This document shows, in pieces, positions 31,840 to 42,025 of a stretch of 64,000 bases of DNA (the stretch's first letter is position 1; every line of letters begins with the position of its first letter). Both the position numbers and the translations under genes were made by a program. Below the pieces are notes generated by a model that had not been told where the DNA came from, made no database searches, and saw only the letters and a list, made by a program, of their open reading frames with translations. Origin of the DNA: Candidatus Cloacimonadales bacterium (lineage in GTDB: Bacteria; Cloacimonadota; Cloacimonadia; Cloacimonadales; JAIOQZ01); contig OY762463.1 of assembly GCA_963665815.1 (NCBI GenBank), positions 480,001 through 544,000 on the forward strand, read 5' to 3'.

Positions 31840-33510
31840 TCATTGCTTTCTGTTTACTTTTAATCCCGGATACCATTTCCTAATACAGTCCGGACACATT
31901 GTATGCGAAAACTCAACATCATTGAATCTTTCTGATATGTATTCGGCAGGATTAATCCAGGGATTTCCTTCTTTATCGTCATCACGAATCATGTTGCAGC
32001 TTGCACAAATAGGTATATGACTAATCTGTTCATCATTATTTTTTTGATTATTCATAATGATTTCCATCATCGCTTTTTGCCTGGTTATGTCCCTTATTTC
32101 AAGAAATCCGGCATTTCTCTTATTGAATATTACAGATTGTGCGTATACCTCAACAACAAGTTCTTTACCATTCTTCAGGGTAACAGTAGATTCATATCTG
32201 GTTCCGTCGGATATAATCATATTACCATTAAGCAATTGAGAAACAAGTAACATTACTCTGCCAGGATTATTATCAAAATTTAATTCTTTTTCAGAATATC
32301 CAAGCAGATTTCTAAAAGCAGTATTCGTGAAAGTGAAAAAATTATCCTGAATAATTACAATTGATGAAGATGAGTTTTCTATAAGCATACGATATTTTGC
32401 TTCGCTTTCTTTAAGTATTGACTCTGCTATTTTCCTGTCAGTAATATCTTTTGCCGATGCCAGTAAATATCTTCTACCATTGAGATTAATGATTTCAGCG
32501 GAAATAAGCGCATAAACCTCTTTATCTGAATGTGTTTTGAGTTTGATTTCAAAGTCTTCAATATAGCCTTTTTCCTTTATCATCTTAGTGATAAGATTTC
32601 GATCAACCTCATTTTCAAAAATACCCAAACCAATGGATGTACGCCCAATCACATCTTCTCTCTCAAGATCAAGAAATTTGAGAAATTTCTTATTCACTTC
32701 AACAAACTGTCCTGATTCAATATCACTTATAGACATACCTGATGTATTAGAATGGAAAGCTTTATTGAATTTTTCCTCTGATGACTTTAAACTTGTTATA
32801 TCTGTATGGGTTCCAATCATCCTTAAAGGTTTATTCTTATCGGTAAAAGAAACTATTTTCCCTCGATCAAGAATCCACTTATATCGTCCGTCCTTGCATA
32901 AAACCCGGTGTTCATTTTCGTAAATTTTTGATTTCCCGTCAAAATGTTTGTTAATATCCTTGAACACATTATCAAGATCATCAGGATGTACGCGTTTCTC
33001 CCATTCTTCAAGGCTTCCTGATATTTCATGATCTTCAAATCCTAACATTCTCTTCCATTGTTTTGAAAAAAACACTTCGTTTGTAGAGATATTCCAATCC
33101 CATAAACCTAATTCACTTCCATCAACAGCAAACTGCCATCGTAACTCACTTTCTTTAAGACTTTTCTGAGTAGCTAATAGTTTTTTGCGTTCAGATTCCA
33201 ATTTTGTGACTTCATCAGCTTCATATAGGTATACTTCAGTGATCTCATCCCACATAAAAGGTGATATCTTAAATCTGAATATCCTTTTGTTTTTTTTGTC
33301 ATGAAAATCCCATGATCTAACAATAGGTAATTGCTCTTGAAGATTTTCTGAGATGAATTCAGGGCATATTTCGAGTACTTCTGAAGTTTTGCTGTTTTTG
33401 AAACAAACTATCCCTGTTACGGGATCTGCAATAAATGCACTGATACTTAGAGTATTCAGAATATTCTTGAATGTAGATATATTGATTGAACTCATTTTAC
33501 TGTGAATCAT
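31840..33510 (-). CDS. Multi-PAS protein with Cys-rich C-terminal domain and no catalytic output
   Basis: GLWDWN...VHPDD PAS and two further PAS domains; IPICASC...FSHTMCPDC tail. Confidence 0.85.
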   Translation of the reverse strand: MIHSKMSSINISTFKNILNTLSISAFIADPVTGIVCFKNSKTSEVLEICPEFISENLQEQLPIVRSWDFHDKKNKRIFRFKISPFMWDEITEVYLYEADEVTKLESERKKLLATQKSLKESELRWQFAVDGSELGLWDWNISTNEVFFSKQWKRMLGFEDHEISGSLEEWEKRVHPDDLDNVFKDINKHFDGKSKIYENEHRVLCKDGRYKWILDRGKIVSFTDKNKPLRMIGTHTDITSLKSSEEKFNKAFHSNTSGMSISDIESGQFVEVNKKFLKFLDLEREDVIGRTSIGLGIFENEVDRNLITKMIKEKGYIEDFEIKLKTHSDKEVYALISAEIINLNGRRYLLASAKDITDRKIAESILKESEAKYRMLIENSSSSIVIIQDNFFTFTNTAFRNLLGYSEKELNFDNNPGRVMLLVSQLLNGNMIISDGTRYESTVTLKNGKELVVEVYAQSVIFNKRNAGFLEIRDITRQKAMMEIIMNNQKNNDEQISHIPICASCNMIRDDDKEGNPWINPAEYISERFNDVEFSHTMCPDCIRKWYPGLKVNRKQ

Positions 33511-33788
33511 TTCATCTTCTTCCTGTCTTAGGTATTGGTGGTCATAAGAAAATATATGCTAGAATGTCTGGAATACAAAAAATAAAGTATCACTTTGTTT
33601 TGTTAAGTTAACTCCTTCTTGATAATAAATTTCATTTAAAGTAGAAACCTGATAAATTTGGATATCAATCACAAATAAGTTGCAAAACACTGAATCTAAT
33701 TTTTTGCAAATTGGCAGATTAAAGTAAAATTAGTAAAAATCCCGATTCGCTATGTAGAGAATCGGGATTAAACATTAAATAACTTTTT

Positions 33789-34043
33789 CTATTTGAGTAG
33801 CAGCATTTTACTTGTCTCAGAATGTTTCTCAGTCTTTAACTTATAGAAGTATACTCCACTGGAAACATCGTTGTTATTTGAGTCTTTACCATTCCAAACT
33901 ATTGAGTGTTCTCCTTGATTAATATAATCATTAACAAGTGTTCTCACTTTTTGTCCCTTCAAATTGTATATAGACAATTCTGCACGACCTTCTTCAGCGA
34001 TTGAGAATTTTATCTCAGTCTGAGGATTGAATGGATTAGGGTA
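33789..34043. repeat. CTD-encoding 255-bp repeat, copy 1
   Basis: About 8 mismatches to 35677..35931 by manual alignment. Confidence 0.9.
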
Positions 34044-35507
34044 ATTACTCAAAGATATGATGTCATAAGCATAGCTTTCATTATTACTTACATTTACCTG
34101 ATTTTCAATTGCTCCCATGTCGATTTCCGTTCCGAAAATTCTTGGATTACCAAGAAAGTCAAATTCAGTAAGAGTTACAATAGTTGTATCACTGATTCCT
34201 GTATCAATACAGGGTGAACTTGATTGAAGAGAGAAATCAAAGTTAGCTTCATCTGTGAACATAGGGTTTACTTCAATATTATTTTGTCCATAGTTGTAGG
34301 TTGGATCTCCCATACTTGATTCACTTATAGATGAAACACCGTATTCTACGTTACAGTAATCAATATCAACATTACCGTCAATCATGAAGAATTGGTTCTG
34401 TCTGTTTCCATAGAAAATACAGTTATAGAACTTGTCAGATCCACTGTAGCGCCCCAGCATAACTCTTCCATTTGTTGCAGAATTCTCATACATCACGCAG
34501 TTTATAAATGAACTATATGCATATCCTGATCCAAAATAAACTCCTCCGTAACGAGCTCCGTTGTTATAGAAGACGCAGTTGTTAAAACAAGGTGAAGAAC
34601 TGTATACTGTAACTGCTCCTCCCGAATCATTGCCTCTGTTTTGAGTGAACACGCAATTCTCAATCAGTCCATTAGAATTATACCATATTAATAATCCACC
34701 ACCATCATCACCAGCTTCATTATCATGAAATAAGACATTCTTAAGATGATATGTTATGTCTCTGGAAAATCCAAGTCCTCCACCTCTAACTTCCGCCTCA
34801 TTACCGCTGATTTCGCAATCATACATTTCAAGATGACAGTATCTTGCATGGATTCCACCAGAGAAACTGCTTCGATTGTTCTTTATCTCTGAGTTAGTTA
34901 TAGTGATTGAGGAAGAATGCATCAAGATTCCACCTCCGGTTCTTATTGTATGATTCGGAGTTCCATAAAGCCTGTTATGCTTTACAACACAATGATCCAG
35001 GTTACTTGTTGAGTTCTTAAAGAATATTCCTCCACCTTTACCAAATGATGTGTCTACACCAGCGTAGTTATACTCAATACTGCAGTATGAAATCGTTGGT
35101 GACGCATCAACGCAGAGAATTCCTCCTCCATAATTATACTCGAATCCAGGATTCTCAAAATCTCCCCAGGTTCCATTACCATTTGTTATTGTAAATCCAA
35201 TGATTTTTGTGCTGTCTGATTCCTGAGAATTGAAAGTAACAACAGATGTGCTGTCTCTACCATCAATAATTGTCTGACTAATGTATGAAGTATCACTTGC
35301 CGTAATAAACTCTGAGGTCAGAACAATATTTTTACCCATCAGGTTAATATTCTCATAATATGTACCCGGAGATACTATTATTGTGTCCGGCTCTACAGCC
35401 GCGTTAATTGCACTCTGAATAGACAGGAAATCTGCAGGAACATATATTACAGCTGAAGCCCCGCAAGCAATAATCAATATTAATAGAAAACTAATTTTTT
35501 TTAACAT
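33789..35507 (-). CDS. Secreted parallel beta-helix protein with FlgD-Ig/T9SS-like C-terminal domain
   Basis: IQSAINAA, PGTYYENI, repeated GGG/N motifs, SPCIDTG, DMGAIE, NYPNPFNP CTD. Confidence 0.85.
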   Translation of the reverse strand: MLKKISFLLILIIACGASAVIYVPADFLSIQSAINAAVEPDTIIVSPGTYYENINLMGKNIVLTSEFITASDTSYISQTIIDGRDSTSVVTFNSQESDSTKIIGFTITNGNGTWGDFENPGFEYNYGGGILCVDASPTISYCSIEYNYAGVDTSFGKGGGIFFKNSTSNLDHCVVKHNRLYGTPNHTIRTGGGILMHSSSITITNSEIKNNRSSFSGGIHARYCHLEMYDCEISGNEAEVRGGGLGFSRDITYHLKNVLFHDNEAGDDGGGLLIWYNSNGLIENCVFTQNRGNDSGGAVTVYSSSPCFNNCVFYNNGARYGGVYFGSGYAYSSFINCVMYENSATNGRVMLGRYSGSDKFYNCIFYGNRQNQFFMIDGNVDIDYCNVEYGVSSISESSMGDPTYNYGQNNIEVNPMFTDEANFDFSLQSSSPCIDTGISDTTIVTLTEFDFLGNPRIFGTEIDMGAIENQVNVSNNESYAYDIISLSNYPNPFNPQTEIKFSIAEEGRAELSIYNLKGQKVRTLVNDYINQGEHSIVWNGKDSNNNDVSSGVYFYKLKTEKHSETSKMLLLK

Positions 35508-35676
35508 ACTCTTTCTCCCTAATATACTAAATTGACCAGTACTCATTTAGTCAACTTTTTATTTTATTGTGATATAATTATCTATTTAAATGTTTTATTG
35601 TATGAATTAATTTTCATGTAAAACAAAACCCCGCTTTTTCGAAACGGGGTTAATGTATGATTGAGAGATGTGCTTT

Positions 35677-35931
35677 CTATTTAAGCAGCAGCATTTTACT
35701 TGTCTCAGAATGTTTATCAGTCTTTAGTTTATAGAAGTATACTCCACTGGAAACATCTTTGTTATTTAAGTCTTTACCATTCCAAACTATTGAGTGTTCT
35801 CCTTGATTAATATAATCATTAACAAGTGTTCTCACTTTTTGTCCCTTCAAATTGTATATCGACAATTCTGCACGACCTTCTTCAGCGATTGAGAATTTTA
35901 TCTCAGTCTGAGGATTGAATGGATTAGGGTA
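35677..35931. repeat. CTD-encoding 255-bp repeat, copy 2
   Basis: Near-identical to 33789..34043. Confidence 0.9.
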
Positions 35932-38130
35932 GTTTCCTATGATTTGAGTACAATAAGGTTCAATAAAGCCATCTGTGTTAGGAGTAATAATAGTATTGTT
36001 CAGTATTTCGAGGATTTCCCCGGATGAGGTTGCAAATACTATATCAATAGAATTATTGTTGTCAATATCACCTGCTGTTAATGCTGTTATTAAATTGTTT
36101 TGCGCAAGTACATTATTAGACCAGTTCGTCATTGAACCGTTATTCTCCAGAACTCCAATAACATTCATAGGTTGACTTGAGTTAAGATAAGCGAAATCAA
36201 GGTCTCCATCGTCATCAACATCAATTATTTCACCGTAATCATAGTAGTCAAGATATCCGATTACTTGTGGAGTAGATGAGAACTGTCCAAAATTTATCGT
36301 ACCTGTATATACTGAAATGGAATTATCCTGATAATGTGGAGGGACGATAATATCCAGGAAACCATCATTATTCATGTCGCAGCATTTGAAAATATTAACT
36401 CCATCTTCATTAAAAACCAGATCGGAAAGTCCAAAAGACATATTTCCGTTGTTATAACTAACTCTGATGTATCCATTGGGTACAGAATAAAGCATATCCG
36501 GTAGATTATCATTATTTACATCAACAAGCTCGAGATGATTGAAATCTTCCTGACTAACAATTATGCCGTTACTGAAAGTTCCCTGTGAGTTCTCGTATAT
36601 AGTTATGTGATCACCATCATTCCTGTTGCAAGCATATACAATGTCGAGATCTCCATCATTGTCCATATCTTTGAAACAGCAACTCGAGTTCCCATACAAA
36701 TAATCAGTTGAGTTTAACACAGTTTTCTGTCCATTCTGATAATAACATAACTGTTCTATTCGTGAATATCTTGAATAAAGGTCATCTATGACTACATAAT
36801 CTAAATCTCCGTTAAAATCGATATCTGCACAGTCATAGTTGTGAATATTATTCATGTCTGTTTCAGGAACTGTCGTTGGAAGAAATACATTGTTATCTAC
36901 TTCGATTTCACTGATAAAAGCCCAGCTAGAGTAAGTAATAAAGGGACTTCCTCCGGCTTCAGCAACTTTCATGTTTCTAATAGATTTATATGATTCCAGA
37001 CTTCTATTGTCAAGATTGAAAACACCTGCATTGTTCTGATAGACAAGATAGCAGCCTGCATCAAGTTCACAGTTGATTTCCGGATAGCCATCATAGTTAT
37101 AGTCAGCAATGAAAAAGTACATTCCGGATGTTTCAAGGGAATAAGCTTGAGAGTATCCACCAGTTCCTGCATAATAAACGTCAAGTTCATTGAAATCATG
37201 TTTTACACAGAAATCATCAATACTATCGTTGTTCAAATCTGCAACTGTAATGCATCTCGCATCAAGAACAGAGTCAGCAAGAACTACAGAATTGCTGAAG
37301 CTCTGGTTAACATCATTCTCGTAAATTACAAGCTGTTCCTGACTGGAATCATAATGAAGAATATCCTTCAAACCGTCATTGTTATTGTCTACTAATGCAT
37401 ACTGATCCTGATAATCAAACATGGCAATATCGTGATTAGTTATGAAAGTATTTGCCGAAGAATCAAACTCCAGCCATTTCAATGGTGAATTATATTGAGA
37501 AACACCAACAATATCCATATCACCATCGTTATCCATATCAGCAATAATATTATAATTATTATGCAATTGATCTTTACGTTGATTGTACACTGAATTGTTA
37601 AGATTTACTATAGCGAAAGTGTCTGTAAGTGTTGCTCTGGAAAGGTATTTTCCCATATTATAGTTACCCAGATAGATGTCTTTAAATCCGTCGTTGTTGA
37701 AATCATAGTAAAGAGTAGTTTCGCATTTATCAAAACCTATATACACCGGTGATTCCATTGTGAAGTTTCCTGCCCCGTCATTTGTGAATATGTATAGGTT
37801 TTCTTCTACAAGAACAGTTACAACGATGTCATTGTATCCATCATTATTCATATCGGTAAACTCAATTGATTCCAGCCAATATGAGAAACTTCCCAGATTG
37901 TGCATCTGATAGTAAGACCCATCTCCGTTTGTGTCCTCTTGCCACACAAGATCATTTTGATTATTCTCAATATAATCCATGTCTCCATCATAGTCAATGT
38001 CTGCAATAGTGCATTTTCCTATGTTCGTTAATCTGTTTTGTCTAAGCATTGATTGAGATGGTGAATAATCAACTGCCCCAACATGACTTGATAATAAAAA
38101 AAGAAATAGTGTAAAATGAAAATATCTCAT
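35677..38130 (-). CDS. Secreted FG-GAP/VCBS repeat protein with FlgD-Ig/T9SS-like C-terminal domain
   Basis: Many D(M/I/L)(D/N)xDGxxD repeats; NYPNPFNP CTD. Confidence 0.88.
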   Translation of the reverse strand: MRYFHFTLFLFLLSSHVGAVDYSPSQSMLRQNRLTNIGKCTIADIDYDGDMDYIENNQNDLVWQEDTNGDGSYYQMHNLGSFSYWLESIEFTDMNNDGYNDIVVTVLVEENLYIFTNDGAGNFTMESPVYIGFDKCETTLYYDFNNDGFKDIYLGNYNMGKYLSRATLTDTFAIVNLNNSVYNQRKDQLHNNYNIIADMDNDGDMDIVGVSQYNSPLKWLEFDSSANTFITNHDIAMFDYQDQYALVDNNNDGLKDILHYDSSQEQLVIYENDVNQSFSNSVVLADSVLDARCITVADLNNDSIDDFCVKHDFNELDVYYAGTGGYSQAYSLETSGMYFFIADYNYDGYPEINCELDAGCYLVYQNNAGVFNLDNRSLESYKSIRNMKVAEAGGSPFITYSSWAFISEIEVDNNVFLPTTVPETDMNNIHNYDCADIDFNGDLDYVVIDDLYSRYSRIEQLCYYQNGQKTVLNSTDYLYGNSSCCFKDMDNDGDLDIVYACNRNDGDHITIYENSQGTFSNGIIVSQEDFNHLELVDVNNDNLPDMLYSVPNGYIRVSYNNGNMSFGLSDLVFNEDGVNIFKCCDMNNDGFLDIIVPPHYQDNSISVYTGTINFGQFSSTPQVIGYLDYYDYGEIIDVDDDGDLDFAYLNSSQPMNVIGVLENNGSMTNWSNNVLAQNNLITALTAGDIDNNNSIDIVFATSSGEILEILNNTIITPNTDGFIEPYCTQIIGNYPNPFNPQTEIKFSIAEEGRAELSIYNLKGQKVRTLVNDYINQGEHSIVWNGKDLNNKDVSSGVYFYKLKTDKHSETSKMLLLK

Positions 38131-38553
38131 ATTTCCTCCTTAAATTAAAATAAATCCGTAAATAAAAAAAAAGTAAAGATAATTCTTCCGGAATTCAGTA
38201 AAAAAGTAGATACTGCAAAATGCATTTCTTGTAAAATCCCAAACTGCAAAATATCTTAATGTACACATTTGCTATCATAGCAAATTAAGTTCCAATGTGG
38301 AATATTATCCATATTACATTGAAGATTCAATATTGGAAATATTTGTAAAATCATAAAATCAATAAATTCAGGAGAATTAATATGGTAAAACTTTTTTCGA
38401 TGCAACATAAAACATCAGGAACATTTATAGTATTGATGATTACTATTGTATATGATATTGTCAATATACATAGACGTATGTGTTTGGTCAAGAAGATGAC
38501 TTATTAATTCAACAAAGAAACTATTTTGTTCTTCAAAAATTATTTTTTTGGGT

Positions 38554-39719
38554 GCGTTCAAATAACTGGGTCTGAAGGAGACCCTAATTAGTTTTGACAA
38601 AAAGAGTTACATTAGATTATTCGCATGTCATGCGGATAAAGAAAAAAAACGATGTCCTCTTTGTGAAAGTTTGAACACAAAAAAGAAAGGTTTTACAACT
38701 AGGATTATTAGTACAATGCGAGGTAAAACACATAGTAAACTGCAACGATACTATTGTAACGATTGTCAGCATAGTTTTACATCTCAAGGTTATAATAAAC
38801 GGAAATCATTTTCCAGCGATCTTAAAGAGAAAGTGATACTTGATTACGTATTAACAAAAAGTTCTCTTTCTGAGACAGGGCAAAGATACAACGTTAGTAA
38901 AAGTAGTATATGCAATTGGATCATAGAGAACAGTGCTAAATTTTCATCAATAAACAAGTTGCCTATGTATCAGAAAACAAGTGGATACATTCAGTTTGAC
39001 GGTAAATTTCCAACAATTGCGGGAACTGCCTATTGCTTGCTGCATGCATCTGATGCACACACAAATGAACCAATATGTTATGGACTCTATCGCCGGGAAG
39101 ATACTGAAGCAACTAATACTTTTCTCAAAATGTTAAAAAGAATCTATCCATCCGAAATTAAGGGAATTATCAGTGACTTTGGTAAAGGAAGGTGCTTCAT
39201 TAAGCCAATAGAACAGTTATTCCCTGAAGCCTTGCACCAGATATGCATTGTACACTATCTAAGGTATGTAAGTATGTTCTTACCCAGAACCAAACGCAGT
39301 CAATATTTCATAAGAAATCGATTTATGAAAGGACTTATACGCAATATGTTAAGAGCACCGGACAGAAGTGAATCGGAATTTTGGTATCTACTATTTAATC
39401 ACTTCATACCTTTCTTCAAAGCAGATTATCATAAGCGATTTATTCGTTCCATAACAAAACATTATAGTAAATTAACTGCATTCTATGAAGATGAAATGTT
39501 AATATCAAATACCAATATGATTGAAAATAGAAACAGACAACTTGAAAGAAAACTGAAAAACATAGATGGCTTTGGTGCAATTAACAATGCAAAAAAGTTC
39601 TTGCAAATATGGTTTCACTTTCAGAAAATGAAATACAAATAAAAATCAGAATAACTTCAACAATAATTTTGAAACTATTCTGATTTGAAAATAATTATTA
39701 GACCCAGTTATTTGGACGC
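38554..39719 (+). mobile_element. Insertion sequence, about 1.17 kb, with 20-bp terminal inverted repeats
   Basis: GCGTTCAAATAACTGGGTCT (38554-38573) vs reverse complement of 39700-39719, GCGTCCAAATAACTGGGTCT: 1 mismatch. Encloses a transposase; no target duplication seen; true ends may extend by a few bp. Confidence 0.88.
38630..39642 (+). CDS. DDE transposase (IS1-type zinc ribbon + HTH, IS256-like catalytic motifs); start out of frame by 1 nt at an A8 run
   Basis: CPLC...QRYYCNDC zinc ribbon (first CxxC lies upstream of the ORF-track TTG at 38671); QFDGK, ISDFG, HQICIVH, TNMIENRNRQL. Confidence 0.8.
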
Positions 39720-39978
39720 TGCTGATAAAACAGAAATTGATACGTTTGAATCATCTGCTACAGGTGTTCCAGATTTAGTCGTGGGTAGCTTAAGATATTC
39801 TACACATGAAAAATGGCACAGGGCTCAAAAATTGTTTGGAATTCCTGAAAGCTTTCAAAGTGAGTGGAGTTCACTTGAATTTAAGGAAAAATTAAGATAC
39901 AGTAATGATATCAATGAATATGATTGCATACAAAATATGAACAAATTCTTTGGTGGAACGGAAAGGGAATATCATTAA
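39720..39978 (+). pseudogene. C-terminal fragment of an HExxH protein truncated by the IS
   Basis: Open frame directly after the right IR with STHEKWH...NEYDCIQNMNKF..GTEREYH, parallel to the C-terminus of 41998..43011. Confidence 0.55.
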
Positions 39979-40024
39979 GATTTCCTCTTACCGACCAAGC
40001 ATTCTGAAGAACAGGAGTAACAAT

Positions 40025-41665
40025 ATGCATTTTAAAAAAATAGCGATACTGACATTAATTCTTTTTACTCAGTTTGTTATTATTAAAGCTGAAGTAATAG
40101 ACACAATTAATATACCTGAGAGAATAAAAAATCATTCAAACAATATTGGTAGGAATGATGACATCATAGCTTTATTTGTCGAAAAATCAAACTCAGATAT
40201 GGAACATTTCGATGAGTTCAATCTTCTACTTAAAAATACAGATAGTAGGGGCAATGTTGTATTAGAAAAACAATACTCCTATTATTGTACTAAAAGCAGG
40301 TATAGCAGCAATTACGGAATACATGAAGCAACTTGCGATATTCAAGGTAACATTTATGTTTTTGGATATTTCACTGGAATTATTGAAATTTTCGGAGACC
40401 TGCTAAAGTCCGAACCTTGCAGGGTATCTTTGCAGTTTGATATTTTTGAGCGTGATAAAGTTACCACAAATACATTGAAGATTTACAATGGTTTTGTTGC
40501 AAAACTTGATAGTCTGGGAAATCCCTTGTGGGTCGTAAAAACAACCGGTCCAAAGCGTGATTACTGCTGGGATGATGACGGTAATTTATGCCTCTTAAAT
40601 GGATATAGATCCAGATGGACATATATGTCTGGACAAAGAGATGATGAAAAATATATTTCATCTGCATTGAAAATTAATAGTGATGGGAAAATAATCAGTT
40701 CATATTTTCCTGGTGATGTATCTTTCTTCAAGGAGTACTTTTATACATGGAGTAAATCAGGTAAGCTCTATATTATTGGACTTCAGGGAGCACCATCGAA
40801 ATATAATGAATTACTTCTGGCAACAAGAGTAAACACGGAATTACACTTTCAGAAGCTCAATATCTCTGCGATCAGGGGAAGTAAAATAATCACCTGTGCG
40901 TTCCTGGATAGTTCTGAGAATCCGGTTTTTACTCTTTACAGTAGGGATTTTTTTAGGTTGGGAGAGTATAGCAAAAAAGACACACTTATAATAAATGGGG
41001 AGAAAATATTTCAGGATAGCCCAATAACGTTCAAGTACAATATAAGATCTGATAGCCTTGATTTTGATTTGAATAAGAGCAATGGACGTAGAACCAGTGT
41101 GATTGAGAGAACAGGTAACTTTGTAATCAAGGAATCTATCTCGGATACTGTTAGAATATCATATAAAAATTTATCCAGTCCAATGTTTAGAATTTTTCAT
41201 AACGACTTTTGGCGTAAGAGAGAAAAAGGAAATGAAAGAGAGTTTTTGATCGAGGATATAGATAATAACGAAGTTGCTCGATTTAGAACTAAAGGATATT
41301 TTGAGGTACAATTCGTAAGACCATTGGATGAAGGATACCTGATATTAGGCCAGATGGGGAACACTTTAAGGATAAACGGACATATGGTTATCAAGAATGA
41401 ACAACAAAAGTCAAACTGGATTGAAATACTGGTAGATCGGGATAATAATATTTATCATTTAGCATTTATGGATTTCCGTCCGTCAATATATCCGGGATAC
41501 TTTAACAAATATTTAGAAGATATTTTCTTAAACAACAGTGATCATATTATTTATTATATGATAGAAAATGATAAGTCAGATAATGAAACTGACTCTAAAA
41601 AGGAAGTTCTTAATATATATAAGTATGGAATTCCCTCAAATCCTGAAGGAAATTTTATCAAATAG
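40025..41665 (+). CDS. Secreted beta-propeller-like protein (cassette 1 partner)
   Basis: AGGAG RBS, signal peptide; blade motifs DSRGNVV, DIQGNIYVFG, KLDSLGNPLW, DDDGNL, KINSDGKI. Confidence 0.7.
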   Translation: MHFKKIAILTLILFTQFVIIKAEVIDTINIPERIKNHSNNIGRNDDIIALFVEKSNSDMEHFDEFNLLLKNTDSRGNVVLEKQYSYYCTKSRYSSNYGIHEATCDIQGNIYVFGYFTGIIEIFGDLLKSEPCRVSLQFDIFERDKVTTNTLKIYNGFVAKLDSLGNPLWVVKTTGPKRDYCWDDDGNLCLLNGYRSRWTYMSGQRDDEKYISSALKINSDGKIISSYFPGDVSFFKEYFYTWSKSGKLYIIGLQGAPSKYNELLLATRVNTELHFQKLNISAIRGSKIITCAFLDSSENPVFTLYSRDFFRLGEYSKKDTLIINGEKIFQDSPITFKYNIRSDSLDFDLNKSNGRRTSVIERTGNFVIKESISDTVRISYKNLSSPMFRIFHNDFWRKREKGNEREFLIEDIDNNEVARFRTKGYFEVQFVRPLDEGYLILGQMGNTLRINGHMVIKNEQQKSNWIEILVDRDNNIYHLAFMDFRPSIYPGYFNKYLEDIFLNNSDHIIYYMIENDKSDNETDSKKEVLNIYKYGIPSNPEGNFIK

Positions 41666-41669
41666 TTGA

Positions 41670-41697
41670 AAGCCTGCCTTGAGCAGGCTTTTCTTTT
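41670..41697 (+). terminator. Terminator at start of repeat copy 1
   Basis: AAGCCTGC-CTTGA-GCAGGCTT followed by TTCTTTT. Confidence 0.8.
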
Positions 41698-42025
41698 AAT
41701 CACATGTATTGCAAAGAAAGAATTGACTAAAAAAAGGCTATACTAAGGGTATTCATTGTAGTAGGTCATTGAAAAGAATAGGAAAGTTCGTTGTATAAGC
41801 AATATACAAAGTTCTTTAAATGTATCTCCTATGGTCTTCGAACTGACGTTCTACAAACCTGATGAAAGATTCTCGGGTATGCACCCTACGAACTTGTGGA
41901 GATGAGACTCTCGGACATATGTCCTACGAGCTCATAGCTTGACGGAGCTTTAGCAGCATCCGGATGGGATTTCGGGCAATTACTGAAGTATCACCAGATG
42001 AAAATTCAGGCAGAAGAAAGAATGA
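41670..42025 (+). repeat. 356-bp inter-cassette direct repeat, copy 1 (terminator + leader + start of coding frame)
   Basis: Ungapped match to 44413..44768 (offset 2743), about 22 mismatches by manual count. Confidence 0.92.

Noticed and set aside
38415-38600. Short ORF sharing RPSYL with the 39685 ORF
   Set aside because: The similarity is simply the IS terminal inverted repeat read outward.
41860-41930. Hammerhead ribozyme (CTGATGA), IS605 omega-RNA (TGTGGAGATG) or guanidine-II riboswitch
   Set aside because: I could not build the hammerhead stems with a GAAA core; there is no tnpB or IS605 right end; the hairpin loops are not ACGA.
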